A DNA stretch of 41,895 bases from Deltaproteobacteria bacterium (GTDB lineage Bacteria > Desulfobacterota > Binatia > UBA12015): positions 1 through 41,895 of the forward strand of contig JAYGCM010000038.1 in the NCBI GenBank assembly GCA_046583355.1. Direction: 5' to 3'. Under the pieces are notes generated by a model. That model had not been told where the DNA came from. It did not search any database and worked only from the letters and a program-made list of their open reading frames with translations. Numbering within the stretch: the stretch's first letter is position 1; each line of letters begins with the position of its first letter. The translations under genes were made by a program, and so were the position numbers. Below are positions 1-8,527 of this stretch, one piece after another.

Positions 1-33
1 CACTCGGAGCAGAATCGCGGTGAGAAGTCCCGG

Positions 34-1050
34 CTAGTTTCCCGCCGTGTAGGGCTCCGCGCAGGTCTTGCACGGTTTTGGCGTGCGACCATTGATCTCG
101 AACGTGCTGGGCCAGTTGCGGTCGCGTTGCACCCTCGCACCGATCGGAAGAACCTCGCTGTAGGCGATCCGGAATCGGCCGTCGGCGGAGCGGCCATCTA
201 CCTGCGCGACGCAGCCGGCCTGGATCTTCTGGCCCTTGCGCTTGCGATGCCCGAGATCGACGTAGCCACATTCGAAGCGCGTGAGGTTGAGGTTGGAGGA
301 ACTCTGCAGCAACGGAACTTCCGCACGCGCAAACTCCGCAAAACGTTGGCGAACTTCGTCGATCTTCAGGGTCGCCTGCCTCTTGCGCAAAACCTTGTAG
401 GGCGGCCAATCCACGTCGAAACCCACAAGGGCGCCTGTGCCGCTGAAGAACAGCGCAACCTTGGACCCCGGCCCGACAACGGGAATCCCGTTGATCTCTC
501 GTCCGAAGATGGCGATGTTCGCAACGACTCGACTACTCGTCACGCCTGTCTGGATCTCCGTTTCCGTCTCCGTCATATACCGGGCGCCGAGAAAGACGGG
601 CTGATCGCCGCCGGTGGTCGGCACGATGGCTCGGAGTTCCGTGCCCAACACCTGGCGGCCACGCGCCTCAAGCTCGTTGAGCGATGCACGGTCGGGCGAC
701 GCCATCTGTTCGACAAGGTCGGTCCCGGCACGAAAACGCACCTTCGAGGCGTCTCGATACACCTCGAAATAAGCGTCGTCCTCGCCGTAAGCGATCAGTG
801 ATATCGAATCACGCGCCCCGGCGGCCAGCGTGCCCGAAATGGGCGCGACGATCTCCGCGACCTGCTGGAAGCGCGCACGGGATCCTCCCTTTGGGCGTTT
901 CGCTTTCATGATCGGCACGGTTTGCCCTCCCAATGCCGACGAAAGGGATTTGTCGATCTGTTGCTTGCGGTAGTCAGAGTCTGCCGCTTGAACAGCAACC
1001 GCAACTCCGAGAAGCGTGGCGAAAGTAAGTACTTGAAATACGGGTTTCAT
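34..1050 (-). CDS. Secreted hypothetical protein, propeptide-like (FTP/PepSY/YcdB-like fold suspected), partner of the upstream DUF6345-like gene
   Basis: 338 aa ORF; Sec signal MKPVFQVLTFATLLGVAVAVQA; purine-rich RBS (AAGGGGA) upstream; segment IFGREINGIPVVGPGSKVALFFSGTGALVGFDVDW resembles propeptide-type beta-sheet domains; 17 bp downstream of 1068-1880. Confidence 0.7.
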   Translation of the reverse strand: MKPVFQVLTFATLLGVAVAVQAADSDYRKQQIDKSLSSALGGQTVPIMKAKRPKGGSRARFQQVAEIVAPISGTLAAGARDSISLIAYGEDDAYFEVYRDASKVRFRAGTDLVEQMASPDRASLNELEARGRQVLGTELRAIVPTTGGDQPVFLGARYMTETETEIQTGVTSSRVVANIAIFGREINGIPVVGPGSKVALFFSGTGALVGFDVDWPPYKVLRKRQATLKIDEVRQRFAEFARAEVPLLQSSSNLNLTRFECGYVDLGHRKRKGQKIQAGCVAQVDGRSADGRFRIAYSEVLPIGARVQRDRNWPSTFEINGRTPKPCKTCAEPYTAGN

Positions 1051-1067
1051 GATTATTCCCCTTCCCT

Positions 1068-1880
1068 TCAGCCTTCAATGCTCGAAGTGCAATAGTGTGT
1101 GATGCTCGAATCCCGTCGCCGCGTATAGTCGAAGACGTTATGCCATTTGATGCGATTGCGGCGGTTACGACAGTTCCTCGAACTGACTCCGGTAGCCATC
1201 ACGCGGAGATCCTGGTCGGTCCACCAGTCACTGTTTCCATCAAACCACGCATTCTTCACAGACTTTCGTTTCTGGAGACCGTCCGCGTAATCCTCACCAA
1301 CTTCATCCGTCGTAATGCTGCTATAGATCTTGTCGTAGCTACCCGTCGCAACGTAGAGACCTCCTCGGAAGGCCGGCCCGAGTCGTGTCCAGAGACCACC
1401 TCCGGTCTTCGACAGAGTTTCACAGGCGTATTGTGAGAAAATCGCAACCTCGTCATCATCGTCCCCGAAACGCCAATTACTCGACCAGGACATGTCGCCG
1501 TCGTCCCACATGGCCAGAATGGCATTGTCACCAGAAACTCCGCCATGGGTGTGTACATAAAAAAGATCGACACTATCGACACCGCCGGCGCTGCCTTGAT
1601 CGTCGCAGCTGTCGAACCCGCAATGCGGGAATTTCAGGTTGTAATAGAAATCCTTCGTGTCAGTGTCGTCCAACTCGCTGTTGAAGCGGCTGCAGGTCTC
1701 CCACGCCCATGGCTGCGTGTCTTGCCAGCCGTCCTCGAATGCCTCCTGACAGCGGGTGCCAAACTGCGCAGCGGCGGCATGGTCCGGTATGCCAGAGGCG
1801 AACACGAACACTCCAAGGAAGCAGCCTCCGAGCCATGCCTTGCAGCTCTTGTGCGAGGTCGATCTCCAAATTCTTCTCAT
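1068..1880 (-). CDS. Secreted DUF6345-like protein, putative clan CD (caspase/gingipain-like) cysteine peptidase
   Basis: 270 aa; signal peptide; DSVDLFYVHTHGG ... WRFGDDDDEVAIFSQYACETL gives His-Gly and Ala-Cys after hydrophobic strands; GGGAG RBS. Confidence 0.65.
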   Translation of the reverse strand: MRRIWRSTSHKSCKAWLGGCFLGVFVFASGIPDHAAAAQFGTRCQEAFEDGWQDTQPWAWETCSRFNSELDDTDTKDFYYNLKFPHCGFDSCDDQGSAGGVDSVDLFYVHTHGGVSGDNAILAMWDDGDMSWSSNWRFGDDDDEVAIFSQYACETLSKTGGGLWTRLGPAFRGGLYVATGSYDKIYSSITTDEVGEDYADGLQKRKSVKNAWFDGNSDWWTDQDLRVMATGVSSRNCRNRRNRIKWHNVFDYTRRRDSSITHYCTSSIEG

Positions 1881-2074
1881 TTCAGGTCTCCCAGGGGGCG
1901 ATCAGCCGGAAGTCGGATCAAGCTATCGGGTCGATGGCCGACCATGCCGACCCGGGCTCTACGTGAATGTTGATGGGATTCGAAATAGTCCAAGAGTAGA
2001 CTATATCTAGTTCATATTTTGGTCAATCGTACAGCATGCCGTCGGGACCTTCGGTTTCTCAAGGAGGCTTGGCA

Positions 2075-2536
2075 ATGAAGCATTTATTGGTGCTCTATCA
2101 CTCGCAGGGCGGCGGCGCGCAGCGCATGGCTGAGGCCGTGCTGCGTGGAGCGCGTCGTGAAGAAGCGGAGGTTGAGGTCCGCGAACGACACGCGCTGGAA
2201 GGCACGCTTGACGATCTTCTCTGGGCCGATGCCGTGATCTTCGGTACGCCCGAGAATTTCGGCACCATGTCCGGCGCTTTGAAGTATTTCTTTGACGAGA
2301 CCTTCTACCCGGCGCAGGGCAAGGTGCAGCAGAAGCCCTACGCACTCTTCGTGAAATGCGGCAACGACGGCAGCGGCGCGGTACGCGAGGTGGATCGCAT
2401 TGCCCTCGGCTACCCGATGCGCCGGGTCGCTGAGCCGGTTCTCGGCCGCGGCGAGCTCGACGAGGAAATCCTCAGTCGTTGCGAGGAGCTCGGCCAGACC
2501 CTCGCCGCCGGTCTCGCCATGGGCTTGTGGAGCTGA
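2075..2536 (+). CDS. Flavodoxin family protein (NAD(P)H-dependent FMN oxidoreductase, WrbA-like fold)
   Basis: LLVLYHSQGGGAQRMAEAV, DAVIFGTPENFGTMSGALKYFFD and GNDGSGA motifs; AAGGAGG RBS at 2061-2067 favours ATG 2075. Confidence 0.9.
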   Translation: MKHLLVLYHSQGGGAQRMAEAVLRGARREEAEVEVRERHALEGTLDDLLWADAVIFGTPENFGTMSGALKYFFDETFYPAQGKVQQKPYALFVKCGNDGSGAVREVDRIALGYPMRRVAEPVLGRGELDEEILSRCEELGQTLAAGLAMGLWS

Positions 2537-2560
2537 GGTCGTCGCTTCTGCGGTTCTGAT

Positions 2561-3625
2561 CTATGGGCAGGTGCCGTCGTGGTCCTTTTGCAGGGCGTCG
2601 GCCTGGCGGTCGCAATCGTTGCCGTAGGTGATGCCGTCGCAGCCACAGACCGGGGCGTAGATCTCCGCACAGGCTTCCGGCTGGCGGACGCAATTGCCGA
2701 AGAGGTCAGCCGAATTGCACTGTCCTGCGGGCAGCTCGCAGAACTCGCCGCTCGCGCAAGGCAAGCCGGCGAAACCGCCGCAGGTTGTCGTGCATTCGCC
2801 CGCGCTCGCGACGTTCATGCCGCCGGCAGCCGCCGCGCAGGCATTGCTGTAGGTGGCGCTGTCGCAACCGCAGACAGGGTTGTATTCGAGAGTGCAAAAT
2901 TCGGCGTAAGGCATGCAGGTGCCCGGCGCGCTAGCGCAGACGCCGGCCGGACGGCCACAATAGGTGCTCTCGAGCCACCAGCAATCGAAATCCGTGAAGC
3001 AGCTGTCGGTGTCGATGGGCTCGCAGGTGTCGTTACAGCCATCGCCGTTCGTATCCGCGGGCAGGCCGTTGGGCGGGCAATCGATTTCCGGACATTGTTC
3101 GCAGCTGTCAAAGCAGCCGCTGCCGTCGGTATCGATGGGGAGCGCGCCCGGTTCGCAGAGGATCGCGGGGCAGGGAAAGCAGGTATCGTCGCAATGGTCG
3201 CCGTCGGTGTCGACCGGCACGGCGTTCTCGGTGCAGAGGATCGCGAATTCACAGCCGCGTGTTGCGGTAGTTCGCATGCGGCTGCGCGGCCTCTTCGACC
3301 GGATGACGACCTTCGCCTCTTCGCAATCGGCCGATGTCCGCAGGCTGAGCTTGACCCGGCGGGCGACATCACCGCATGTTTTCCAGGCGGCCCGGGCGAC
3401 CATGCCCCTGGGGGTATTCTTGACCTTGGAGCGCGGTGCGACACCGCAGGGTTCCATCGAGATGGTATTGTTGGCAATGACCACGACGGTGCGGTCGAGG
3501 TCGAGCGGCGAGAAGGAGAGACCTTCCTCGATGATATAGCGCCCTCCGTCGCAAACCTCGGCCGGGGCGAGGCCCGGGATGAGCAGTACGGAAATGATCG
3601 TCAGAAGCTTCAAGGCGTTTGCCAT
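2561..3625 (-). CDS. Secreted Kazal-type serine protease inhibitor domain protein (basic N-domain + 3 Cys/Asp repeats + 2 Kazal domains)
   Basis: AGGAGG RBS before MANALKLL (3625); signal peptide; Kazal motifs CTLEYNPVCGCDSATYSNAC and CAEIYAPVCGCDGITYGNDC. Confidence 0.85.
   Translation of the reverse strand: MANALKLLTIISVLLIPGLAPAEVCDGGRYIIEEGLSFSPLDLDRTVVVIANNTISMEPCGVAPRSKVKNTPRGMVARAAWKTCGDVARRVKLSLRTSADCEEAKVVIRSKRPRSRMRTTATRGCEFAILCTENAVPVDTDGDHCDDTCFPCPAILCEPGALPIDTDGSGCFDSCEQCPEIDCPPNGLPADTNGDGCNDTCEPIDTDSCFTDFDCWWLESTYCGRPAGVCASAPGTCMPYAEFCTLEYNPVCGCDSATYSNACAAAAGGMNVASAGECTTTCGGFAGLPCASGEFCELPAGQCNSADLFGNCVRQPEACAEIYAPVCGCDGITYGNDCDRQADALQKDHDGTCP
3020..3255 (-). repeat. Three ~26-aa intragenic repeats C..xC....P.DT(D/N)G..C.D.C (putative Ca-binding)
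   Basis: ILCTENAVPVDTDGDHCDDTC / ILCEPGALPIDTDGSGCFDSC / IDCPPNGLPADTNGDGCNDTC; boundaries approximate. Confidence 0.8.
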
Positions 3626-3800
3626 GGCGGATGCCCTCCTGGAATCCTTTGTGCCGCTTCGCCGGCCCGCGGGCAACCCGGGAATACGGGCTGTAGGGAG
3701 CACGTGATCGATCTGCTCATGGCTCGCACCATTATTACTTTTACCTATTATTGTTCGCTCCAACTCCGCGAGCGTGATTCGGACGGCCTGGTTTCCCATG

Positions 3801-3811
3801 CCCCCCCCCCC
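3801..3811. repeat. C11 homopolymer tract in divergent intergenic region
   Basis: Eleven consecutive C at 3801-3811. Confidence 0.9.
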
Positions 3812-3898
3812 TGTCCACACCCGCGGCCAGAAGCGGTCACTTCATTTGTCAAAAGGAGCGGACAGATCACGTGCTCCCTACAAATGAAGAAAGTAGGG

Positions 3899-3928
3899 TT
3901 GACATAAAGTGTTAGTAGGGGGTACTTT
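3899..3928 (+). promoter_or_regulatory. Putative sigma70-type promoter for the 3994 gene
   Basis: TTGACA (3899-3904) - 18 nt - TACTTT (3923-3928); GGAG RBS at 3984-3987. Confidence 0.55.
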
Positions 3929-3993
3929 CTCGGTGGCTTGCTGGGCCGTATGGCCCGCGACTGCCTGCCCCCTCAAGCATACTGGAGAAATTT

Positions 3994-6900
3994 ATGATGC
4001 CTTTCCGGGACTATGATACTCATAAAGGATGCCGTGCCGCGCTCGCTGCGGCCTGTTTCGTGGTGTTCGGGTTGGCTGCACCGTCGGCATTGGCCCAGGT
4101 GGGGATGCCTGACGCGGCCTTTGGGCCCGGCACGTGCGGCGGTGGTTATATCGGCTTCAGCCCGAGTTCCTACGGCTGGGGCACCTGTCCGGACGGCGAG
4201 CCATCTCAGCAGCATTCCTATGGGCGCGGTGTCGGGGTCCAATTCGACACTGGCGTTACCTATAATATCGTGGTGGCCGGCTGGGAACATCACAATCCAG
4301 TGGGGCCCGCCCCGCAGGATCTATTCGCGGTCTCCCGCTACAAGGTGAATGGCAATCTGGATGGTGCTTTCGGAGGCGGTGACGGCAAAGTCACCACCGC
4401 TTTCGCATTGTCGGCCCGTGCCTTCGATCTTCTGGTACGCTCCGATGGATCGCTGATCGCGGTCGGCGGCGACGGTAATGTTATGCTGCTTGCCGGCTAT
4501 ACAGCAGTCGGTGCTCTCGACCCCGCCTTCGGGTTGGGCGGTATTGTGACGTCCACTGTTCCGGCATCGTTCGGGGCGCGTGGCGTTGCGCAGATGGGCG
4601 CGATGGCAAGCGATGATATTGTCGTGGTCGGCACAGACAACTCAGCCGGTTTCGATGTAATCGTGGTGGCACGTTTCGACAAGATGGGGACCTACGGGGG
4701 CCACGTCGTTTTCGATAATTCGAAGCTGGGTACGGTCAACCTCAACTACCGTGCCTTTGATGTTTTTGTCGACCTCAGCAGCCAGGCGATCTACATCGCA
4801 GGCGAGGTCGAAGACTTGATTGCAGGGACCAAGGAGTTCCTTGTCGCAAAGCTCGACCCCGGGCTGGGCGTCGACGGGAGCTTTGGTGGTACCAGCGCGA
4901 TGGTGCCTTCGCCCGGTTTTCAGACGGTGGGCTTTGCCGGCTGGGCGCATGCCGGTGCGCGTGGCGTCGAAGTTGCGGTTGACCGGAACGAAGCATTGTA
5001 TCTTGGCGGTACGGTGGCGAACGGTGGTTTTACCGAGTTTGCCATGGCCAAGCTGGACAAGCAGCACGGCTTGATCCAGACGACAACGACCGGTGGCCCG
5101 GGGTGGTCGGTTGGTCGGGAGATCGCAATCGACTCGCGCAATCGCATCGTCGTGGTTGGAGAGGCGGCGGCATTGCCGCCGCAGACGCCCAAGTTTGCCC
5201 TGATGCGTTTTGACGAAAATCTGGTGGCCGATGTCAGCTTCGGTTCGTCGGGGTTAGGCTGGGAGAGCAGCGCGGCGGCCTCGGGTCCGAGCCGCGCCTT
5301 CGATGTTGTGGTGCGCAAGGAATTCGACGGCGCGCTGCTGTTGGCCGGCGACTCGGTTATCGACCCGGGGTCGATGCCGCCCTACGTGACGAATTGGTGG
5401 CAGACCGCGGCGCGCTTCGAGGGTGGACCGGTGTGCGGCAATGCTCTCCTCGAAGCCGGCGAGGATTGCGAAAATCCCTTCCAGGCGTGTTGCTCGGACT
5501 GGTGCAGCTACAGTCCCGCTGGGGAACTGTGCCGCGGCTCCGTCGATCAATGTGATGCGGACGAGTTCTGTGCCGGCGCGAGTGACCTCTGCCCGGCGGA
5601 TCTGCCGGTGGCCGACGGGACGGGCTGTGACGATGGTGAGTTCTGTAACGGTGCCGATTCCTGTCTGGCCGGTGCTTGCGATACGCACGTGGGAGACCCC
5701 TGTTCGGGGCCGGATGCGGACGGGGATTGCAGCGAAACCTGCGACGAGACCGCAGATAATTGTTTGGCTGTGGATCCCGACGGGTCTCTTTGCGACGATA
5801 GTAGCTTCTGCAATGGGGTCGATTCCTGTCTCGCGGGCGCCTGCGTCGTCAATGCCGGAGATCCATGCGCCGGAGCCGATGGTGACGGGAATTGTTCCGA
5901 GACCTGCGATGAGGGCGCTGACAATTGTCTGGCGGCCGATCCGGATGGCTCGGTCTGTACGGATGGCCTCTTCTGCACCGGCACGGATGCCTGTCTGGCC
6001 GGCCTGTGCAGTAACCACACGGGGGATCCCTGCAGCGGCCCGGATGGCGATGGGGATTGTTCCGAAACCTGCGATGAGGGCGCCGACAATTGTCTGGCGG
6101 CCGATCTGGACTTTTCCGCCTGTGACGACGGTGTCTTCTGCAATGGCATCGACCAATGTGCCGGCGGTATTTGCTCGGCGCACGCGGGTGACCCCTGTGA
6201 TGGTGCCGACGGTGATGCGAATTGTTCCGAGACTTGCGATGAGGGCGCTGACGATTGTCTGGCGGCGGATATCGACGGTTCGGCCTGCGCGGATGGCCAG
6301 TTCTGCAACGGCGCCGATACCTGCGCTTCGGGTAGTTGCACGGCCCACGCTGGCGACCCGTGCGCCGGAGCCGATGGTGACGGGAATTGTTCCGAGACCT
6401 GCGATGAGGGCGCTGACAATTGTCTGGCGGCCGATCCGGATGGCTCGGTCTGTACGGATGGCCTCTTCTGCACCGGCACGGATGCCTGTGCCCTCGGTGT
6501 CTGTACCGGCGCGGGCGACCCCTGCACCGGACCGGATGCCGATGACGATTGTTCCGAGACCTGCGACGAGGGCGCCGATAATTGCCTTGGGAATGATGCT
6601 GCGGGCTCGGCGTGCCTCGATGATGGCGACGCCTGCACGGATGATGAGTGCGATGGTGCGGGTGCCTGCGCCCACCCGGTCGTGCCGGGAGTCGACTCGG
6701 ATGGCGACGGAGACGACGACAACGACGATGATGGGATTTACGACCTCTGCGATAATTGCCTGAACGTTTGCAACCCGGCGCAAGAGAACTCCGACGGCGA
6801 TACCAACGGTGGCGATCTCTGTGACGCCTGCCCGGCCAGCGACCAGAGTGCCGAGGATCCGGGATGCGCGACGGCCGACTACACCTCTACCCTCGAATGC

Positions 6901-8049
6901 TGCCGGAACACGGGGGTCTCGGCCGTTGCTGTCGATGCACTGGGTGAGTCCGCGGTCTGTGGCGGTCCGGCCGGTGATGTCATTCTCGACTCGCATGACG
7001 GGTTGAGTTCGATGCAGATTCCGGCTGGAGCGGTTGCCGGCGAGGAGACGATCTCTATCCAGGAGAACTCCAAAGGTGGGCGCGAGTACTTCCTGGGCGC
7101 CGGTAGCGGGCAGGTGGTGCAAAGTCTGGACCTCTCGCCTGACGGGATCTCCTTCGTCACGCCGGTCACGCTCTGCATGAGTTGGGTGGATGCGAACGAC
7201 AACGGCTTCCTGGATCGACCGCCCTATACCGCTCTCATCCGTGAGCGCAGCATCCAGCCGCATTACTACGACGAGAATGCGCTGCCGACGCCGACGACGG
7301 TAGCTCTGGCAGATGCCTGCCACTCCGTCCCCTGCGGCGCTCTCGATGTCGATGGTTTCCCCACCGATTGGGACGGCAATTTCCGTTACAATCTGGTCGA
7401 CACCGTGGAGGATGAGTCGCTGCTCAGTGCGTGCTGCGACATGGCGGAGAACACCTATTGTTGGGAGACCTCCACGTTCAGCTCCTACGGATTGCTTGTG
7501 CCAGATGATGGTCCGGTTGCGAAAACCAAGATTATCGTGAAGCGCCTGGACCGCGGTCCCGAGCAACAGAAGCTCATCTTCAAGGGCACGGTCGAGACGG
7601 CCTATCCCTTCGAGCCGGCCTTGCTGCCGCACGAAGATGGAATGCGCTTCACCCTGGAGAACGCAGCAGGCGTGGCGCTGGTGGATATTGATCTGCCAGG
7701 TGGTCTCTACGACCCGGTGGCCCGTGAGGGCTGGCAACTCGCGCCGAAGAATCTCGACCTGTCCGATCCCCCGAAGACGTACAGATTCCGCTTCCGCAGT
7801 CGCAACGGGATCGACGGCATCACCAAGGTTCTCGTGAAGGTCAAACGGCCCGCCTCTTCCGGGGCTGCGACGATCACATTGGTGATCAAGGGCAAGGACA
7901 TGAGCATTGAGGTCGGTCCGGACGATCTGCCACTCCAGGTCGGCCTGGATTTCTCCCGTGCCGTGTTCTCGGGGCAGCGCTTTCTAAGCGGATTCGAGGC
8001 ATCCAATTGTTCTCTTGTTGGCGGTGGGAAGACCGCGAAATGCATGTAA
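3994..8049 (+). CDS. Large secreted mosaic protein: delta-60 repeat beta-propeller, Cys-rich/disintegrin-like unit, 6x55-aa Cys/Asp repeats, TSP type-3-like Ca motifs, ZU5-like domain, basic C-terminal domain
   Basis: 1351 aa; signal peptide; GNLDGAFG, GALDPAFG, GVDGSFG and VADVSFG (delta-60-type); CGNALLEAGEDC; DDDGIYDLCDNCLNVCNPAQENSDGD; MQIPAGAV...LSPDGISFVTPVTL...STFSSY. Confidence 0.85.
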   Translation: MMPFRDYDTHKGCRAALAAACFVVFGLAAPSALAQVGMPDAAFGPGTCGGGYIGFSPSSYGWGTCPDGEPSQQHSYGRGVGVQFDTGVTYNIVVAGWEHHNPVGPAPQDLFAVSRYKVNGNLDGAFGGGDGKVTTAFALSARAFDLLVRSDGSLIAVGGDGNVMLLAGYTAVGALDPAFGLGGIVTSTVPASFGARGVAQMGAMASDDIVVVGTDNSAGFDVIVVARFDKMGTYGGHVVFDNSKLGTVNLNYRAFDVFVDLSSQAIYIAGEVEDLIAGTKEFLVAKLDPGLGVDGSFGGTSAMVPSPGFQTVGFAGWAHAGARGVEVAVDRNEALYLGGTVANGGFTEFAMAKLDKQHGLIQTTTTGGPGWSVGREIAIDSRNRIVVVGEAAALPPQTPKFALMRFDENLVADVSFGSSGLGWESSAAASGPSRAFDVVVRKEFDGALLLAGDSVIDPGSMPPYVTNWWQTAARFEGGPVCGNALLEAGEDCENPFQACCSDWCSYSPAGELCRGSVDQCDADEFCAGASDLCPADLPVADGTGCDDGEFCNGADSCLAGACDTHVGDPCSGPDADGDCSETCDETADNCLAVDPDGSLCDDSSFCNGVDSCLAGACVVNAGDPCAGADGDGNCSETCDEGADNCLAADPDGSVCTDGLFCTGTDACLAGLCSNHTGDPCSGPDGDGDCSETCDEGADNCLAADLDFSACDDGVFCNGIDQCAGGICSAHAGDPCDGADGDANCSETCDEGADDCLAADIDGSACADGQFCNGADTCASGSCTAHAGDPCAGADGDGNCSETCDEGADNCLAADPDGSVCTDGLFCTGTDACALGVCTGAGDPCTGPDADDDCSETCDEGADNCLGNDAAGSACLDDGDACTDDECDGAGACAHPVVPGVDSDGDGDDDNDDDGIYDLCDNCLNVCNPAQENSDGDTNGGDLCDACPASDQSAEDPGCATADYTSTLECCRNTGVSAVAVDALGESAVCGGPAGDVILDSHDGLSSMQIPAGAVAGEETISIQENSKGGREYFLGAGSGQVVQSLDLSPDGISFVTPVTLCMSWVDANDNGFLDRPPYTALIRERSIQPHYYDENALPTPTTVALADACHSVPCGALDVDGFPTDWDGNFRYNLVDTVEDESLLSACCDMAENTYCWETSTFSSYGLLVPDDGPVAKTKIIVKRLDRGPEQQKLIFKGTVETAYPFEPALLPHEDGMRFTLENAAGVALVDIDLPGGLYDPVAREGWQLAPKNLDLSDPPKTYRFRFRSRNGIDGITKVLVKVKRPASSGAATITLVIKGKDMSIEVGPDDLPLQVGLDFSRAVFSGQRFLSGFEASNCSLVGGGKTAKCM
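5626..6612 (+). repeat. Six tandem 165-nt (55-aa) Cys/Asp-rich repeats
   Basis: Units start at 5626, 5791, 5956, 6121, 6286 and 6451 (CxDGxFCxGxDxC..G.C...GDPC.G.D.DG.CSETCDEGADNCLA.D); 5866-5994 is identical to 6361-6489. Confidence 0.95.
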
Positions 8050-8065
8050 CGCTGTGTTGATCTGG

Positions 8066-8098
8066 CCTGGAGGTCCGGTCGGAAGCCGGGCTTCCAGG
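8066..8098 (+). terminator. GC-rich stem-loop downstream of the 3994-8049 gene (possible terminator or stabiliser)
   Basis: CCTGGAGGTCCGGT-CGGAA-GCCGGGCTTCCAGG pairs over 14 bp with G-U pairs; no U-tract. Confidence 0.4.
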
Positions 8099-8131
8099 GC
8101 GACGAGTTAGTGCACTCCCGGTGCCGGTCGG

Positions 8132-8516
8132 GTAAGTTCCGACGTAGTCGGACCATGAATTGGAAGTGGCGGGCATCCAGGAGGTGGCGGCGGCGCTGCG
8201 CGAGCCTGCCGCTCGATACGAACCACGTCGAGCGAGGTAGGCGGACTTTGGCCCTGGGCCGTAAAATCATTACGGATCGCGCTCGCGGCGCGGTACGCAG
8301 GTGTCGGCGATCTGCTACAATCTGGTCGAGACCGCCAAACTCGCTGGGGTGGAACCCGCCGCGGACCTGGCCGAAGCGGGACGTCGCGCCATCGCAATCT
8401 CGGGTACGGTCACGCTGCCCTGGGATCTCCTCGTCGGCTGATTCCCGCATCGCTCGCCGTCCACATCTTCGCTCATCCTACGAAAAATTTCGCGACGGGC
8501 TGCGGCTGACACGTAC
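8132..8516 (+). mobile_element. Degenerate, internally deleted IS66-family element (ends tentative)
   Basis: Contains a TnpC C-terminus; candidate left end GTAAGT at 8132; candidate right end ...GACACGTAC at 8516; the ends match only imperfectly and no 8-bp target duplication is seen. Confidence 0.5.
8206..8441 (+). pseudogene. tnpC: IS66 transposase (TnpC) C-terminal fragment, frameshifted
   Basis: LPLDTNHVERGRRTLALGRK, then after a 1-nt loss in the A-run near 8263-8266: (N)HYGSRSRRGTQVSAICYNLVETAKLAGVEPAADLAEAGRRAIAISGTVTLP*, matching the IS66 PxDNNxxER...GRKN...YSLxETAKL.G..P pattern. Confidence 0.85.
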
Positions 8517-8527
8517 GAACAAACAGT

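Noticed and set aside
3626..3820. Extended Kazal ORF that would place the poly-G tract inside the coding sequence
   Set aside because: Strong AGGAGG RBS and signal peptide at 3625; the upstream 65 codons look non-coding
5866..6489. Exact 129-nt repeat pair as a DGR template/variable repeat
   Set aside because: Copies are identical (no adenine-specific mismatches), both lie within one tandem array, and there is no reverse transcriptase in the window
5254..7737. 827-aa antisense ORF (and similar long shadows at 2579-3907, 13150-14775, 24045-25364, 28919-30547, 31001-32167)
   Set aside because: They lie opposite well-supported genes; stop-poor antisense frames are expected at high GC and in repeats; no recognisable motifs
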